DNA of 63,412 bases, the filler included. It is 7 parts of 7 records of this genome, joined end to end, with 100 filler letters (N's around TTAATTAATTAA, not from the genome) between each part and the next. Parts side by side here need not be neighbours in the genome. Positions count along the whole stretch, not along the records: positions 29,674 to 36,657 come from DRR723986_7358; positions 36,758 to 50,754 come from DRR723986_7360; 5 more parts are not named here. One strand, 5' to 3'. Shown one piece after another: positions 29,803-39,203 of the stretch (position 1 is its first letter; each line of letters begins with the position of its first letter). The notes beneath the pieces were generated by a model. It was given only the letters and a program-made list of their open reading frames with translations. It did no database searches and had not been told where the DNA came from. A program made the translations under genes and the position numbers.

Positions 29803-30584
29803 CCCGCAAACGCTGGGCCGACCTGAAGCCCCGGGTGTTCTCGGGCGTCATCATGATCGCCATCGGCATGGTGGCGGTCTGGCTGGGCGGTCTGTGGTGG
29901 CAGACTCTGATCGCGCTGATCTGCGGCGGCATGGTCTGGGAACTGGTCTGCATGGTCGACGACGAGCGGACCAAGGCGCAGTACCTGCTGGCCATCGTCA
30001 CCACGGTCTGCGTCTTCGTGGCAATCCACATCCCGCCGGCCTTCGCGCTGCCGCTGCTGATGCTGCCCTCCATGGTGGGGCTGGGGCGGATGCAGCGGGG
30101 CGGTGTGACCTATGCGGTCACGACCATGATGATCCTGCTGGCGGGCTATTCGATGATGGCGCTGCGCAGCGACTTCGGGCTGACGTGGATGCTTTGGCTG
30201 GTCGCCGTCATCGTGGCCACCGACGTCATGGGCTATTTCGCCGGCAAAAGCATCGGCGGGCCGAAGTTCTGGCCGCGCGTCTCGCCCAACAAGACATGGG
30301 CGGGCACCGTGGGCGGCTGGCTGGGGGCGGCGGTCGTCGGCGCCTTCTGGGCCGGCTGGACGATCGAGGGCGCCGGGCTGATCGGCATTTCCATCGCGGT
30401 CAGCATGGCCAGCCAGATCGGCGACATCGCCGAAAGCACCATCAAGCGCAAGGCGGGCGTCAAGGACAGCTCGAACCTGATCCCGGGGCACGGCGGCCTG
30501 ATGGACCGTTTCGACGGGATGCTGGGCGGCGCGGTCTTCCTCATCATCGCGGGCCAGATCGTGGGCTTCCCTCCGGGGGTCTGA
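29799..30584 (+). CDS. cdsA: Phosphatidate cytidylyltransferase
   Basis: SPNKTWAG and KRKAGVKDSSNLIPGHGGLMDRFD. Confidence 0.96.
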   Translation: MTRKRWADLKPRVFSGVIMIAIGMVAVWLGGLWWQTLIALICGGMVWELVCMVDDERTKAQYLLAIVTTVCVFVAIHIPPAFALPLLMLPSMVGLGRMQRGGVTYAVTTMMILLAGYSMMALRSDFGLTWMLWLVAVIVATDVMGYFAGKSIGGPKFWPRVSPNKTWAGTVGGWLGAAVVGAFWAGWTIEGAGLIGISIAVSMASQIGDIAESTIKRKAGVKDSSNLIPGHGGLMDRFDGMLGGAVFLIIAGQIVGFPPGV

Positions 30585-31750
30585 TGCGGCGGATTTCGAT
30601 TTTCGGGGCTACCGGCTCCATCGGGCAGAACACCATCGACCTGATCGCGCGCGAGCCCGAGGCCTATCAGGTCGTGGCCCTGACCGGCGGGCGCAACATC
30701 GCGCAACTGGCGCGCGACGCCCGCGCGCTTGGCGCGCAGGTGGCGGTGACGGCGCAGGACGACCTGCTGCCTGACCTGCGCGAGGCGCTGGCCGGGTCGG
30801 GCGTGCAGGCGGCGGCGGGGCGCGCGGCGCTGATCGAGGCGGCGAGCCGCCCGGCGGACTGGGTCATGTCGGCCATCGTCGGCGCGGCGGGGCTGGAACC
30901 CGGCCTGCGCGCGCTGGAACAGGGCGCCACGCTGGCGCTTGCCAACAAGGAGAGCATGGTCTGCGCCGGGCCGCTGATGCTGCGCACCGCGCAGGCCCAT
31001 GGCGCGGCGCTGCTGCCAGTGGACAGCGAACATTCCGCCGTCTTCCAGGCCCTCATCGGCGAGGACATGGCCGCCGTCGAGCGGGTCATCATCACCGCAA
31101 GCGGCGGGGCCTTCCGCGACTGGCCGCTGGAGGATCTGGCCAAGGCCACGCCCGAACAGGCCGCCACGCACCCCAATTGGGACATGGGTCAGCGGATCAC
31201 GATCGACTCTGCCTCCATGTTCAACAAAGCCCTGGAAGTCATTGAAACGCGAGAGTTCTTTGCGCTGAGGCCGGAACAGATCGAGGTCGTCGTCCACCCG
31301 GAATCGATGATCCACGCGCTTGTGGGCTTCAACGACGGCGCGCTCATGGCGCACGTCGGCCCGCCCGACATGCGCCATGCCATCGGCTTTGCCCTGCACC
31401 ATCCACACCGCCGCGCGCTGCCGGTCGAGCGGCTCGACCTCGTGAAGCTGGGCCAGCTGACCTTCCGCGCCCCCTGCGAAACCCGCTGGCCCGCCCTGCG
31501 GCTGGCGCGCGAGGTGATGGAAGCCGGCGGCCTGACCGGCGCGATCTTCAACGCCGCAAAGGAAATCGCGCTCGACCGCTTCATCGCCGGGCAGATTTCC
31601 TTCACCGGAATGGCGGGGGTGGTCGAAGAGACACTCTCCCGGCTTTCGTCCCACGCGGGACATAATCGTGACCAGTTTACACTTGATATGATCCTTCAAG
31701 CTGACCATCTCGCGAGGCACACCGCACGCGAGATCGGAAGCGGAATTTGA
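30584..31750 (+). CDS. dxr: 1-deoxy-D-xylulose-5-phosphate reductoisomerase
   Basis: GATGSIG, LANKES, PVDSEHSA, TASGG; start at ATG 30584 (TGATG coupling). Confidence 0.97.
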   Translation: MRRISIFGATGSIGQNTIDLIAREPEAYQVVALTGGRNIAQLARDARALGAQVAVTAQDDLLPDLREALAGSGVQAAAGRAALIEAASRPADWVMSAIVGAAGLEPGLRALEQGATLALANKESMVCAGPLMLRTAQAHGAALLPVDSEHSAVFQALIGEDMAAVERVIITASGGAFRDWPLEDLAKATPEQAATHPNWDMGQRITIDSASMFNKALEVIETREFFALRPEQIEVVVHPESMIHALVGFNDGALMAHVGPPDMRHAIGFALHHPHRRALPVERLDLVKLGQLTFRAPCETRWPALRLAREVMEAGGLTGAIFNAAKEIALDRFIAGQISFTGMAGVVEETLSRLSSHAGHNRDQFTLDMILQADHLARHTAREIGSGI

Positions 31751-31766
31751 GAACGGGGGCGCTCCT

Positions 31767-33110
31767 TTGGACCTGATGACCTTGATACCGCAGTTCGGCG
31801 GTTTCCTCTGGACCGTCGTCTTCTTCGTCGTCGCGCTGTCCATCATCATCGCCATCCACGAATACGGCCATTACATCGTCGGCAAGAAATCCGGCATCTT
31901 CCCCGAGGTCTTTTCGCTGGGCTTCGGCCCGGTCATCTGGTCCCGCGTCGACCGCGACGGCACGAAATGGCAGCTCGCGGCCTTTCCCTTCGGCGGCTAC
32001 GTCAAGTTCCGGGGCGACGCCAATGCCTCTGGCGGCGTCGACGAGGACGCACTGCGGGGCCTGAACGAGGACGAGATGCGCCACACCATGTCGGGCGCGC
32101 CGCTTTGGGCGCGCGCGGCGACGGTGGCGGCGGGACCGCTGTTCAACTTCGCGCTGTCGATCGTGATCTTCACCGGCGTCTTCCTGTTCCGGGGCGAGGT
32201 GGCGGAGCCCGTCACCGTGGGAGAGTTGCGTCCCTTGCCCGTCCAGCAGGAATTGCAGGTGGGTGACGAGGTCATCGCCATCGAAGGCAATGCGCTGCCC
32301 GCCTTCTCGGACGGCGACCTCTACGAGGCCTACATGAAGGCGCTGCCGGTCGCGCCGCAGCTGGATTACACCGTGCGCCGCGACGGGCAGGACATCAACG
32401 TGGCCGGGCCCTATGTCTATCCGCCGCTGGCCACGCAGATCGCGCCGCGCTCTGCGGCGGGCGATGCCGGGATGGTCGCGGGCGACGTGATCGTCAGCAT
32501 CGACGGCCAGCCGATCCATGCCTTCTCCGAACTCAAGGACCGCGTCGAAAGCTCTGACGGCGCCACGCTGGCCCTTGAGGTCTGGCGCGACGGAGAGATC
32601 CTTGCCAAGGACCTGACCCCGCGCCGCATCGACGAACCGCAGCCTGACGGCGGCTTCCAGACCTTCTACCGCATCGGCATCGTCGGCGGCGTGGCCTTCG
32701 AGCCCGCGACCGTCACGCCGGGCTTCGGCACCGCTCTTTGGGGCGGCGTCAGCCAGGTGGGCCGGATCATGGAAGGCTCGATCTCGGGCATGTGGCACAT
32801 GGTGACGGGCTCCATCAGCACCTGCAACCTGTCGGGCCCCATCGGCATCGCGGAAACCAGCGGCGACATGGCCCGGCAGGGCACCACCAACTTCATCTGG
32901 TTCGTGGCGGTGCTGTCGACGGCGGTGGGCCTGCTGAACCTCTTCCCGGTGCCGGTTCTGGATGGCGGGCACCTCGTGTTCTACGCCTACGAGGCGGTCT
33001 CGGGCCGTCCGCCCAGCGACAAGGCGCTGAAGGTCCTGATGTCCATCGGCCTGACTGTCGTCCTGTCGCTGATGGTCTTCGCGTTGTCCAACGATCTGTT
33101 CTGTCCCTGA
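31767..33110 (+). CDS. rseP: RIP metalloprotease RseP with two PDZ domains
   Basis: HEYGH, AGPLFN, LNLFPVPVLDGGH. Confidence 0.96.
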   Translation: MDLMTLIPQFGGFLWTVVFFVVALSIIIAIHEYGHYIVGKKSGIFPEVFSLGFGPVIWSRVDRDGTKWQLAAFPFGGYVKFRGDANASGGVDEDALRGLNEDEMRHTMSGAPLWARAATVAAGPLFNFALSIVIFTGVFLFRGEVAEPVTVGELRPLPVQQELQVGDEVIAIEGNALPAFSDGDLYEAYMKALPVAPQLDYTVRRDGQDINVAGPYVYPPLATQIAPRSAAGDAGMVAGDVIVSIDGQPIHAFSELKDRVESSDGATLALEVWRDGEILAKDLTPRRIDEPQPDGGFQTFYRIGIVGGVAFEPATVTPGFGTALWGGVSQVGRIMEGSISGMWHMVTGSISTCNLSGPIGIAETSGDMARQGTTNFIWFVAVLSTAVGLLNLFPVPVLDGGHLVFYAYEAVSGRPPSDKALKVLMSIGLTVVLSLMVFALSNDLFCP

Positions 33111-33193
33111 CGACAGTCGGTCCGGTTTGCGCCAAATTTCGGCCTGAATCGAAGCCTAGGGATTGGGTCCAGCAGACAACGGGAACCGAATCC

Positions 33194-33325
33194 ATGCAGA
33201 CCCTCACCGCCGGATACCGCAGCATGAGCTTGCTGGTCACCATCAACTGGGACCGGCTTCTCTACATCGCGACAATCGCTTTCGCGCTGTTCTTCGGCGC
33301 CTATCTCGGGTCCTTCCTGCCCTGA
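33194..33325 (+). CDS. 43-aa single-TM small protein
   Basis: MQTLTAGYRSMSLLVTINWDRLLYIATIAFALFFGAYLGSFLP; mostly GC-ending codons; purine-rich GGGAA upstream. Confidence 0.65.
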   Translation: MQTLTAGYRSMSLLVTINWDRLLYIATIAFALFFGAYLGSFLP

Positions 33326-33415
33326 CGGGGCGCCACGGCCCCCGCGAACCGGCGGTGCCGCGCCAGAGGCGGCGGTGCCCGGGCGAGAGAAGGGCCAAAA
33401 AGGCGACGCGGGCTT

Positions 33416-33444
33416 TTGACAAGGCCCGGCAATCCCGATACTCC
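33416..33444 (+). promoter_or_regulatory. Sigma70-type promoter for bamA
   Basis: TTGACA-N17-TACTCC. Confidence 0.6.
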
Positions 33445-33476
33445 CTTCGCGTGGGATGTCGAAGTGGATTGCGAGA

Positions 33477-35852
33477 ATGACCTCAGTCATTTCCGCGCGA
33501 GCAGCGCAGATTGATAAGAACAAGAACCGGGTCAGAACGGCGGTTCACGCCGTGACCCTCTCCTTCGCCCTCGGGCTGGGCGCCGGGGCCGTGACCCTTC
33601 CAAGCCCTGCCGTGGCGCAGGCCTACAGTTTCAGCAGCGTCCAGATCGAGGGCAACCGCCGCGTCGATGCCAGCACGATCCTGTCCTACGCCGGGATCGC
33701 GCGGGGGCAGACGGTGTCCGGGGGCGAGTTGAACGACGCCTACCAGCGGGTGCTGAACTCTGGCCTCTTCGAGCGCGTCGAGATCGTGCCGCAGGGCAGC
33801 ACGCTGCTGATCCGGGTGGTGGAATATCCGACGATCAACCGCATCTCGATCGAGGGCAACCGCCGCATCAAGGATGAGGATCTGGCCGCCGCGCTGCAGT
33901 CGCAGCCGCGCCGGGTCTTCAGCCCCTCCGTCGCCGAGGCCGACGCCCAGACCCTGTCAGAGGCCTATGTGACGCAGGGCCGGGTGGCCGCGCGCGTGAC
34001 GCCCAAGGTCATCCGCCGCAGCGACAACCGCGTCGACCTCGTCTTCGAGGTCTTCGAGGGCGGCGTCGCAGAGGTCGAGCGCATCGGCTTTGCCGGCAAC
34101 GGCAAATACACCGACCGGCGTCTGCGCCGCGTGTTGGAAACCAAGCAGGCGGGCCTGCTGCGCGCCGTGATCTCGAAGGACACCTTCATCGAGGACCGCG
34201 TCGAGTTCGACAAGCAGCTTCTGCGCGACTTCTATTCCTCGCGCGGCTACGTCGATTTCCGCATCACGGGCGTGAACGCCGAACTGGCGCAGGAGCGGGA
34301 CGGCTATTTCGTCACCTTCAACGTCGAGGAAGGCCAGCAATTCCGCGTCGGCAACGTCGCCGTCACCTCTGATCTGGCCGAGGTGGACACCGAGCTGTTC
34401 CAGCGCCGGGTCAAGCTGCGTTCCGGCAAGGTCTACTCGCCGGTTCTGATCGAGAACGAGATCGCCCGGCTGGAAAAGCTGGCGATCCAGGAAGGGCTGA
34501 ACTTCGTCCGGGTCGAGCCGCGCATCAGCCGCAACGACCGCGACCTCTCGCTGGATGTCGAACTGGTGCTGACGCGCGGAGAGCGCATCTTCATCGAACG
34601 CATCGACATCGAGGGCAACACCACCACGCTGGACCGCGTGGTGCGGCGCCAGTTCGACGTGGTCGAGGGCGACCCCTTCAACCCGCGCGGCGTCCGCGAG
34701 GCGGCAGAACGCATCCGCGCGCTCGGCTTCTTCAGCAGTGCCGATGTGCAGGCCCGGGAAGGGTCCAGCCCGCAGCAGGTCATCATCGACGTGGACGTCG
34801 AAGAGCAGCCCACCGGCTCGCTGTCTTTCGGCGGGTCCTATTCCACCACCGACGGCATCGGCGCGGCGGTCACCTTCTCGGAGCGCAACTTCCTTGGCCG
34901 TGGCCAGTTCTTCAGCTTCGGCGTGAACACCGCCTCGTCCTCACGCTCTTATTCGCTGCGCTTCGTGGAGCCGGCGCTTCTGGGCCGCGACCTCGCGCTT
35001 GGCTTCGATCTGAACTACAGCGAGACCGACAACCTGAACGCCACCTTCGACACGGCGTCGGGCCTGTTCCAGCCCTCTCTGACCTTCCCGCTGTCCGAGG
35101 CGTCGACGCTGCAACTGCGCTATTCGACCCGCTACAGCGACATCCGGAACGTCGACCAGTCCGACACCGGCATCGGCGGCATCATCAAGGCCGAGGCGCT
35201 GGAAGGGGAACGGATCGACAGTTCCGTGGGCTATACGCTGAACTTCGACACCGCGCGCTTCGGGCTGGATGACAGAACCCGCTACCTGCTGGAATTCGGA
35301 CAGGATTTCGCCGGTCTCGGGGGCGATTCGACCTATGTCCGCACCAACGTCCGTGCGGTTGCGCAGACCAAGGTCTTCTCCGAAGAGGTGACCTTGCGGG
35401 CCTCCTTCGACGCCGGCGCGCTGAGCTATTCCAGCGGCGAAAGCCGCGTGACCGACCGGTTCCTGATCGGTCCGAACCAGCTGCGCGGCTTCGACTACGG
35501 CGGCATCGGCCCGCGCGAGATCGGCGGAGACGTGGATGATCCGCTGGGCGGCGAATACTACGCCGTGGCGCGCTTCGAGGCGGAATTCCCCATCGGTCTG
35601 CCGGATGAATACGGCATCTCGGGCGGCCTGTTCTACGATGTCGGCTCTGTCTGGGGCCTGTCGGACTCCACCAAGGCGAAGGCCACGGGCACCGTCGTCT
35701 CGGAAGATTTCGATGCGCGGCACGTGGTCGGGTTCTCGGTCTTCTGGGACAGCGCCATCGGGCCGCTTCGGCTGAACTTCTCCGAGCCGGTCAAGAAGCG
35801 GAGCTTCGACGAATCCCGCACCTTCAACCTGACCGTCTCGACCCAGTTCTGA
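33477..35852 (+). CDS. bamA: Outer membrane protein assembly factor BamA (start uncertain, 33456 possible)
   Basis: POTRA repeats IEGNRR, LRGFDYGGIGP lid motif, C-terminal Phe. Confidence 0.96.
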   Translation: MTSVISARAAQIDKNKNRVRTAVHAVTLSFALGLGAGAVTLPSPAVAQAYSFSSVQIEGNRRVDASTILSYAGIARGQTVSGGELNDAYQRVLNSGLFERVEIVPQGSTLLIRVVEYPTINRISIEGNRRIKDEDLAAALQSQPRRVFSPSVAEADAQTLSEAYVTQGRVAARVTPKVIRRSDNRVDLVFEVFEGGVAEVERIGFAGNGKYTDRRLRRVLETKQAGLLRAVISKDTFIEDRVEFDKQLLRDFYSSRGYVDFRITGVNAELAQERDGYFVTFNVEEGQQFRVGNVAVTSDLAEVDTELFQRRVKLRSGKVYSPVLIENEIARLEKLAIQEGLNFVRVEPRISRNDRDLSLDVELVLTRGERIFIERIDIEGNTTTLDRVVRRQFDVVEGDPFNPRGVREAAERIRALGFFSSADVQAREGSSPQQVIIDVDVEEQPTGSLSFGGSYSTTDGIGAAVTFSERNFLGRGQFFSFGVNTASSSRSYSLRFVEPALLGRDLALGFDLNYSETDNLNATFDTASGLFQPSLTFPLSEASTLQLRYSTRYSDIRNVDQSDTGIGGIIKAEALEGERIDSSVGYTLNFDTARFGLDDRTRYLLEFGQDFAGLGGDSTYVRTNVRAVAQTKVFSEEVTLRASFDAGALSYSSGESRVTDRFLIGPNQLRGFDYGGIGPREIGGDVDDPLGGEYYAVARFEAEFPIGLPDEYGISGGLFYDVGSVWGLSDSTKAKATGTVVSEDFDARHVVGFSVFWDSAIGPLRLNFSEPVKKRSFDESRTFNLTVSTQF

Positions 35853-35856
35853 GACC

Positions 35857-36492
35857 GTGATGCTGCGCCGCATCGCCGCGATCTGCATTCTCCTGACGGG
35901 CCTCGGCCCGGCAGGGGGGCTGGCGCAGGGCATCGGCGGCCCGCTGGACACCGGGCTCGAGAGCAGCCCGATCCTCGTGATCGATTTCGACCGTGTCTTT
36001 GCCCAGAGCGCCTTTGGCGAACGGCTGGACGAGGTGATGGAAAGCGAGGGGCAGGCCATCGCCGCCGAGAACCGGCGGATCGAAGCGGAACTGATCGAGG
36101 AGGAACGCCGGCTGACCGACCAGCGTCCCACCATGCCACCGTCCGAGTTCCGCGTGCTTGCCGATGCCTTCGACGAGAAGGTGCAGCGCCTGCGCGCCGA
36201 GCAGGATGCCAAGGGGCGCGCGCTTGCCTCGCGACAGGACGAGGCCCGGCGACGGTTCCTCGGCCTCGCCGAACCGGCGATCGAGCAGTTAATGCAGGAA
36301 ACCGGAGCGGTGATGATTCTCGAGCGCCGGGCGGTCTTCGTGGCGGCGGACGCGGTGGACGCCACCGACCGCGCCATCGCGCTCATGGACGAGCTGGTGG
36401 GCAACGGCGGCCCCGACATCCTGCCGGATCTGCCCGAAGGCACGCTTCCCGAGGCGGCCCCCGCGCCCGGCGGCACGTCCGGGGACGACTGA
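35857..36492 (+). CDS. skp: OmpH/Skp-family periplasmic chaperone
   Basis: Signal peptide; ILVIDFDRVF; coiled coil; between bamA and fabZ. Confidence 0.85.
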   Translation: MMLRRIAAICILLTGLGPAGGLAQGIGGPLDTGLESSPILVIDFDRVFAQSAFGERLDEVMESEGQAIAAENRRIEAELIEEERRLTDQRPTMPPSEFRVLADAFDEKVQRLRAEQDAKGRALASRQDEARRRFLGLAEPAIEQLMQETGAVMILERRAVFVAADAVDATDRAIALMDELVGNGGPDILPDLPEGTLPEAAPAPGGTSGDD

Positions 36493-36594
36493 CCCGGGTC
36501 GCGGGAAGCGGCCAGTGCCGCGCCGGTCCGCTTGCCCTGCGGGGCGCGGATTGCTACGGACAGTCTCACCGAAAGAACAAAGGCAGGCCCGCGC

Positions 36595-36657
36595 ATGAGT
36601 GACACGCTTCAATCCGCCGACATCCAGCTGATCCAGCGGATCATCCCGCATCGCTAT
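36595..36657 (+). CDS. fabZ: 3-hydroxyacyl-ACP dehydratase, N-terminal fragment
   Basis: MSDTLQSADIQLIQRIIPHRY and conserved gene order. Confidence 0.88.
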
Positions 36658-36757
36658 NNNNNNNNNNNNNNNNNNNNNNNNNNNNNNNNNNNNNNNNNNN
36701 NTTAATTAATTAANNNNNNNNNNNNNNNNNNNNNNNNNNNNNNNNNNNNNNNNNNNN
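36658..36757. other. Artificial contig linker
   Basis: N-run + TTAATTAATTAA + N-run. Confidence 0.97.
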
Positions 36758-37448
36758 GGATCACATGCGGGTTCTGGCTGGTGGTGTGCAGCGTGCTTTC
36801 CTCATTGGCGCGATTGTATTCGCCAACTGCTACGCGCGGCTCCATCGGATTGGCAATCATCCGGTTATTGACCAGCTCTAGCGTGGTGACGTGGGCGGCA
36901 TTCTTGATCGCCTCGTCAACGGCCTCGCGGTTTTCTTCCACGAAGCCCCAATCATAACACAAGTTCGAGGTCAGATCGTCATGAACTTTGGTCGATCCCT
37001 CGGCCAGCGCTGCCTTCATATCAACGACGGCGGGCAGTTCTTCAATGTCCAATTCGACCGCCTCGGCGGCGTCGCGGGCCTGTTCCAGGCTTTCGGCGAC
37101 AATCGCAGCAATCGGGTCGCCGACATGGCGCACCTTGCCTTGGGCCAGCACCGGGTGTGCCGGTTCCTGCATTGGCTCGCCAAAACGGTCAGTAACCTGC
37201 CACCCACATGGGATGGAGCCAACGCCCTCAAAATCCGCACCGGTAAAGATGCGCACAACGCCGGGCATGGCTTTCGCCGCGTCCAGACCAATGTTGTTGA
37301 TTTTGCCATGTGCCACGTCTGACCGCAGGAAATACACATAGGTCTGGCGGTGAATGTTGATATCGTCGGTATAATTACCCGTTCCGGTCAAAAAGCGGAC
37401 GTCTTCGCGTCGCTTGGAACTGGCTCCGATGCCACTGTCTTTGGGCAT
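36758..37448 (-). CDS. coxL: Xanthine oxidase-family Mo subunit (form II CoxL-like), N-terminal fragment
   Basis: IGASSKRREDVRFLTGTGNYTDD, RSDVAHG, PMEPR, SQNPH; S-before-L order suggests form II; active-site motif lies outside the contig. Confidence 0.82.
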
Positions 37449-37554
37449 AGCTTGTTCTCCTCCCGTTGTCCCGGTTTCGCCCCATGGCGGTCCGGTCATG
37501 GCCTCGGGCGTTTCTCCTCAAAAGCGCCCGCGCCGTATGCGCGTGGTTGGGACA

Positions 37555-38040
37555 TTACTCCGCAGCGATGGCCCCGACGTCCTGACCGGATGCAGCCATG
37601 ATCGCTTTGACAATGTTGTGATAGCCCGTACAGCGGCAGATATTGCCTTCGAGGTGTGCGCGCACTTCAGCTTCACTTGGCTTTGGATTGTCTTTCAACA
37701 GCGCAGCTGCAGACATCACCATGCCCGGCGTGCAGAATCCGCACTGCAAACCATGGTAGTCCTGAAAGGCCTGCTGAATGGTGTTCATCGTGCCATCTTC
37801 GGCCGCTTGGCCTTCGATCGTGCTGATCTCGGCACCGTCTGCTTCGACAGCCAGCATATTGCAGGATTTCACCGCTTCGCCGTTCACATGCACTGTGCAA
37901 GCACCACACTGGCCGGTGTCGCACCCCACATGCGTTCCCGTCAGCGACAGCTGTTCGCGCAAGAAACTGGATAGCAACGTGCGGCCCTCTGCTTCTCCGC
38001 TCGCAGCCTGACCGTTCACGGTCATTGAGACCTGTGTCAT
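37555..38040 (-). CDS. coxS: CoxS-like 2x[2Fe-2S] subunit
   Basis: [27 protein letters not shown]. Confidence 0.92.
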   Translation of the reverse strand: MTQVSMTVNGQAASGEAEGRTLLSSFLREQLSLTGTHVGCDTGQCGACTVHVNGEAVKSCNMLAVEADGAEISTIEGQAAEDGTMNTIQQAFQDYHGLQCGFCTPGMVMSAAALLKDNPKPSEAEVRAHLEGNICRCTGYHNIVKAIMAASGQDVGAIAAE

Positions 38041-38113
38041 CTATTCCTCCCCTTATCAAAATCTTGTTGAGGGAGAGTAAAACATGCCCCCCTGCATTTG
38101 AGAACCAAAACTT

Positions 38114-38129
38114 TTGACCATTTGGTATA
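38114..38129. promoter_or_regulatory. RutR-box-like palindrome upstream of coxS
   Basis: TTGACCA-TT-TGGTATA versus consensus TTGACCA-NN-TGGTCAA (12 of 14 positions match). Confidence 0.4.
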
Positions 38130-38198
38130 GTTGATTTTTATACGGAATTAGGCTAAAGCGCGCCTCGGGTAAGTCGAGTTCCCCTAGCGTCAACGTGC

Positions 38199-39203
38199 CT
38201 ATTGGTGCCGTTTTCCGGCCCGCGGCTGTGGTCGCGTCGGAATTTCCTTGAGCAACCCGCCAACACCCATCGCTGCAATATCCCGACCTCGAACTGTCAG
38301 ACCACAGGCAATCCGGCTTAGAACCCAATCCGCCCCATTCAACGCCGGCGCGCGCGCGCAGCCCGGTAATCCTACGATTGGACGCGTGCCCAGCTTGCCC
38401 AGAAACAACAGATTTCCCGGATCGACCGGCATCCCGAACCGTTCAACTTGCCCCCCAGCCAGACGCACGGCACTTGGCGCGACATCTTCGGCGTCGGACG
38501 TCGCGGAGCCCGTCAAAATCATCACGAAATCACCGCTAATCCGTTGCACGGCCTCGGCCAGAGCCTGCGGGTCATGGTCAGTGATCTGTATGTCCGCCAT
38601 AGACATCCCCAACCCTTCGACCCGCGCGGTGATCGACCGGATCCCCTTGTCGTTTGCGGGTCCTCCCGGAATGTCAGAAATCACCAATCCTGCTGTTTTG
38701 AAAATTGGGGCGCGTAAACGGATCGCATCCAATGCTGCAGCACAGGCTGCGGCGACGTCCTGTTCCGACACTGCGTAAGAGATGACCTTGATCGTCGCAA
38801 CCATGCCCCCAGCAGCCATCTGCTGAAACGGGGGAACAGTGGCCACGGTGATCATGGGATGAACCAGATTGAACCGTTCAATCGCGGTAACATCCAGTTC
38901 AACAACACCGGGACCAGCCGCCAACAAGTTGACCCGCCCCGTGAAGGGCTCCGTCACGTTTAGATGCACCGCCTCCGGGTCCGGGGCAAGGGCAGCAGCC
39001 AATCGGCGTGCGGCCTCATCTTCGTGCAGATCCCCCGGTTCCAGCTGCGCCACAACAACCTCTGCGATCCCGGCTTTGCTCAAGCGCTCCAGATGCGCGG
39101 CTGTCAGGGTCACGCCTTTGCGCAATCGCCCGTCAGTGACGGAGACAGAATGCGCCAAAATGGCCCCTTCGGCCGCACCCACAGGCAGAGCTCCGAACTT
39201 CAT
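38199..39203 (-). CDS. MoeA-like molybdopterin-binding protein
   Basis: GAILAHS, FTGRVNL, GMPVDPGNLL, GLPGCARAP. Confidence 0.85.
   Translation of the reverse strand: MKFGALPVGAAEGAILAHSVSVTDGRLRKGVTLTAAHLERLSKAGIAEVVVAQLEPGDLHEDEAARRLAAALAPDPEAVHLNVTEPFTGRVNLLAAGPGVVELDVTAIERFNLVHPMITVATVPPFQQMAAGGMVATIKVISYAVSEQDVAAACAAALDAIRLRAPIFKTAGLVISDIPGGPANDKGIRSITARVEGLGMSMADIQITDHDPQALAEAVQRISGDFVMILTGSATSDAEDVAPSAVRLAGGQVERFGMPVDPGNLLFLGKLGTRPIVGLPGCARAPALNGADWVLSRIACGLTVRGRDIAAMGVGGLLKEIPTRPQPRAGKRHQ

Noticed and set aside
29894-31750. 618-aa ORF suggesting an N-terminally extended or fused Dxr
   Set aside because: The extension is an off-frame read through cdsA; the real start is ATG 30584, coupled to the cdsA stop
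30233-36605. Long antisense ORFs (540, 431 and 554 aa) opposite dxr, rseP and bamA/skp
   Set aside because: Shadow ORFs expected in high-GC coding DNA; no recognisable motifs
36758-38040. Bona fide form I CO dehydrogenase
   Set aside because: Gene order is S then L rather than M-S-L, and the diagnostic active-site motif lies outside the contig
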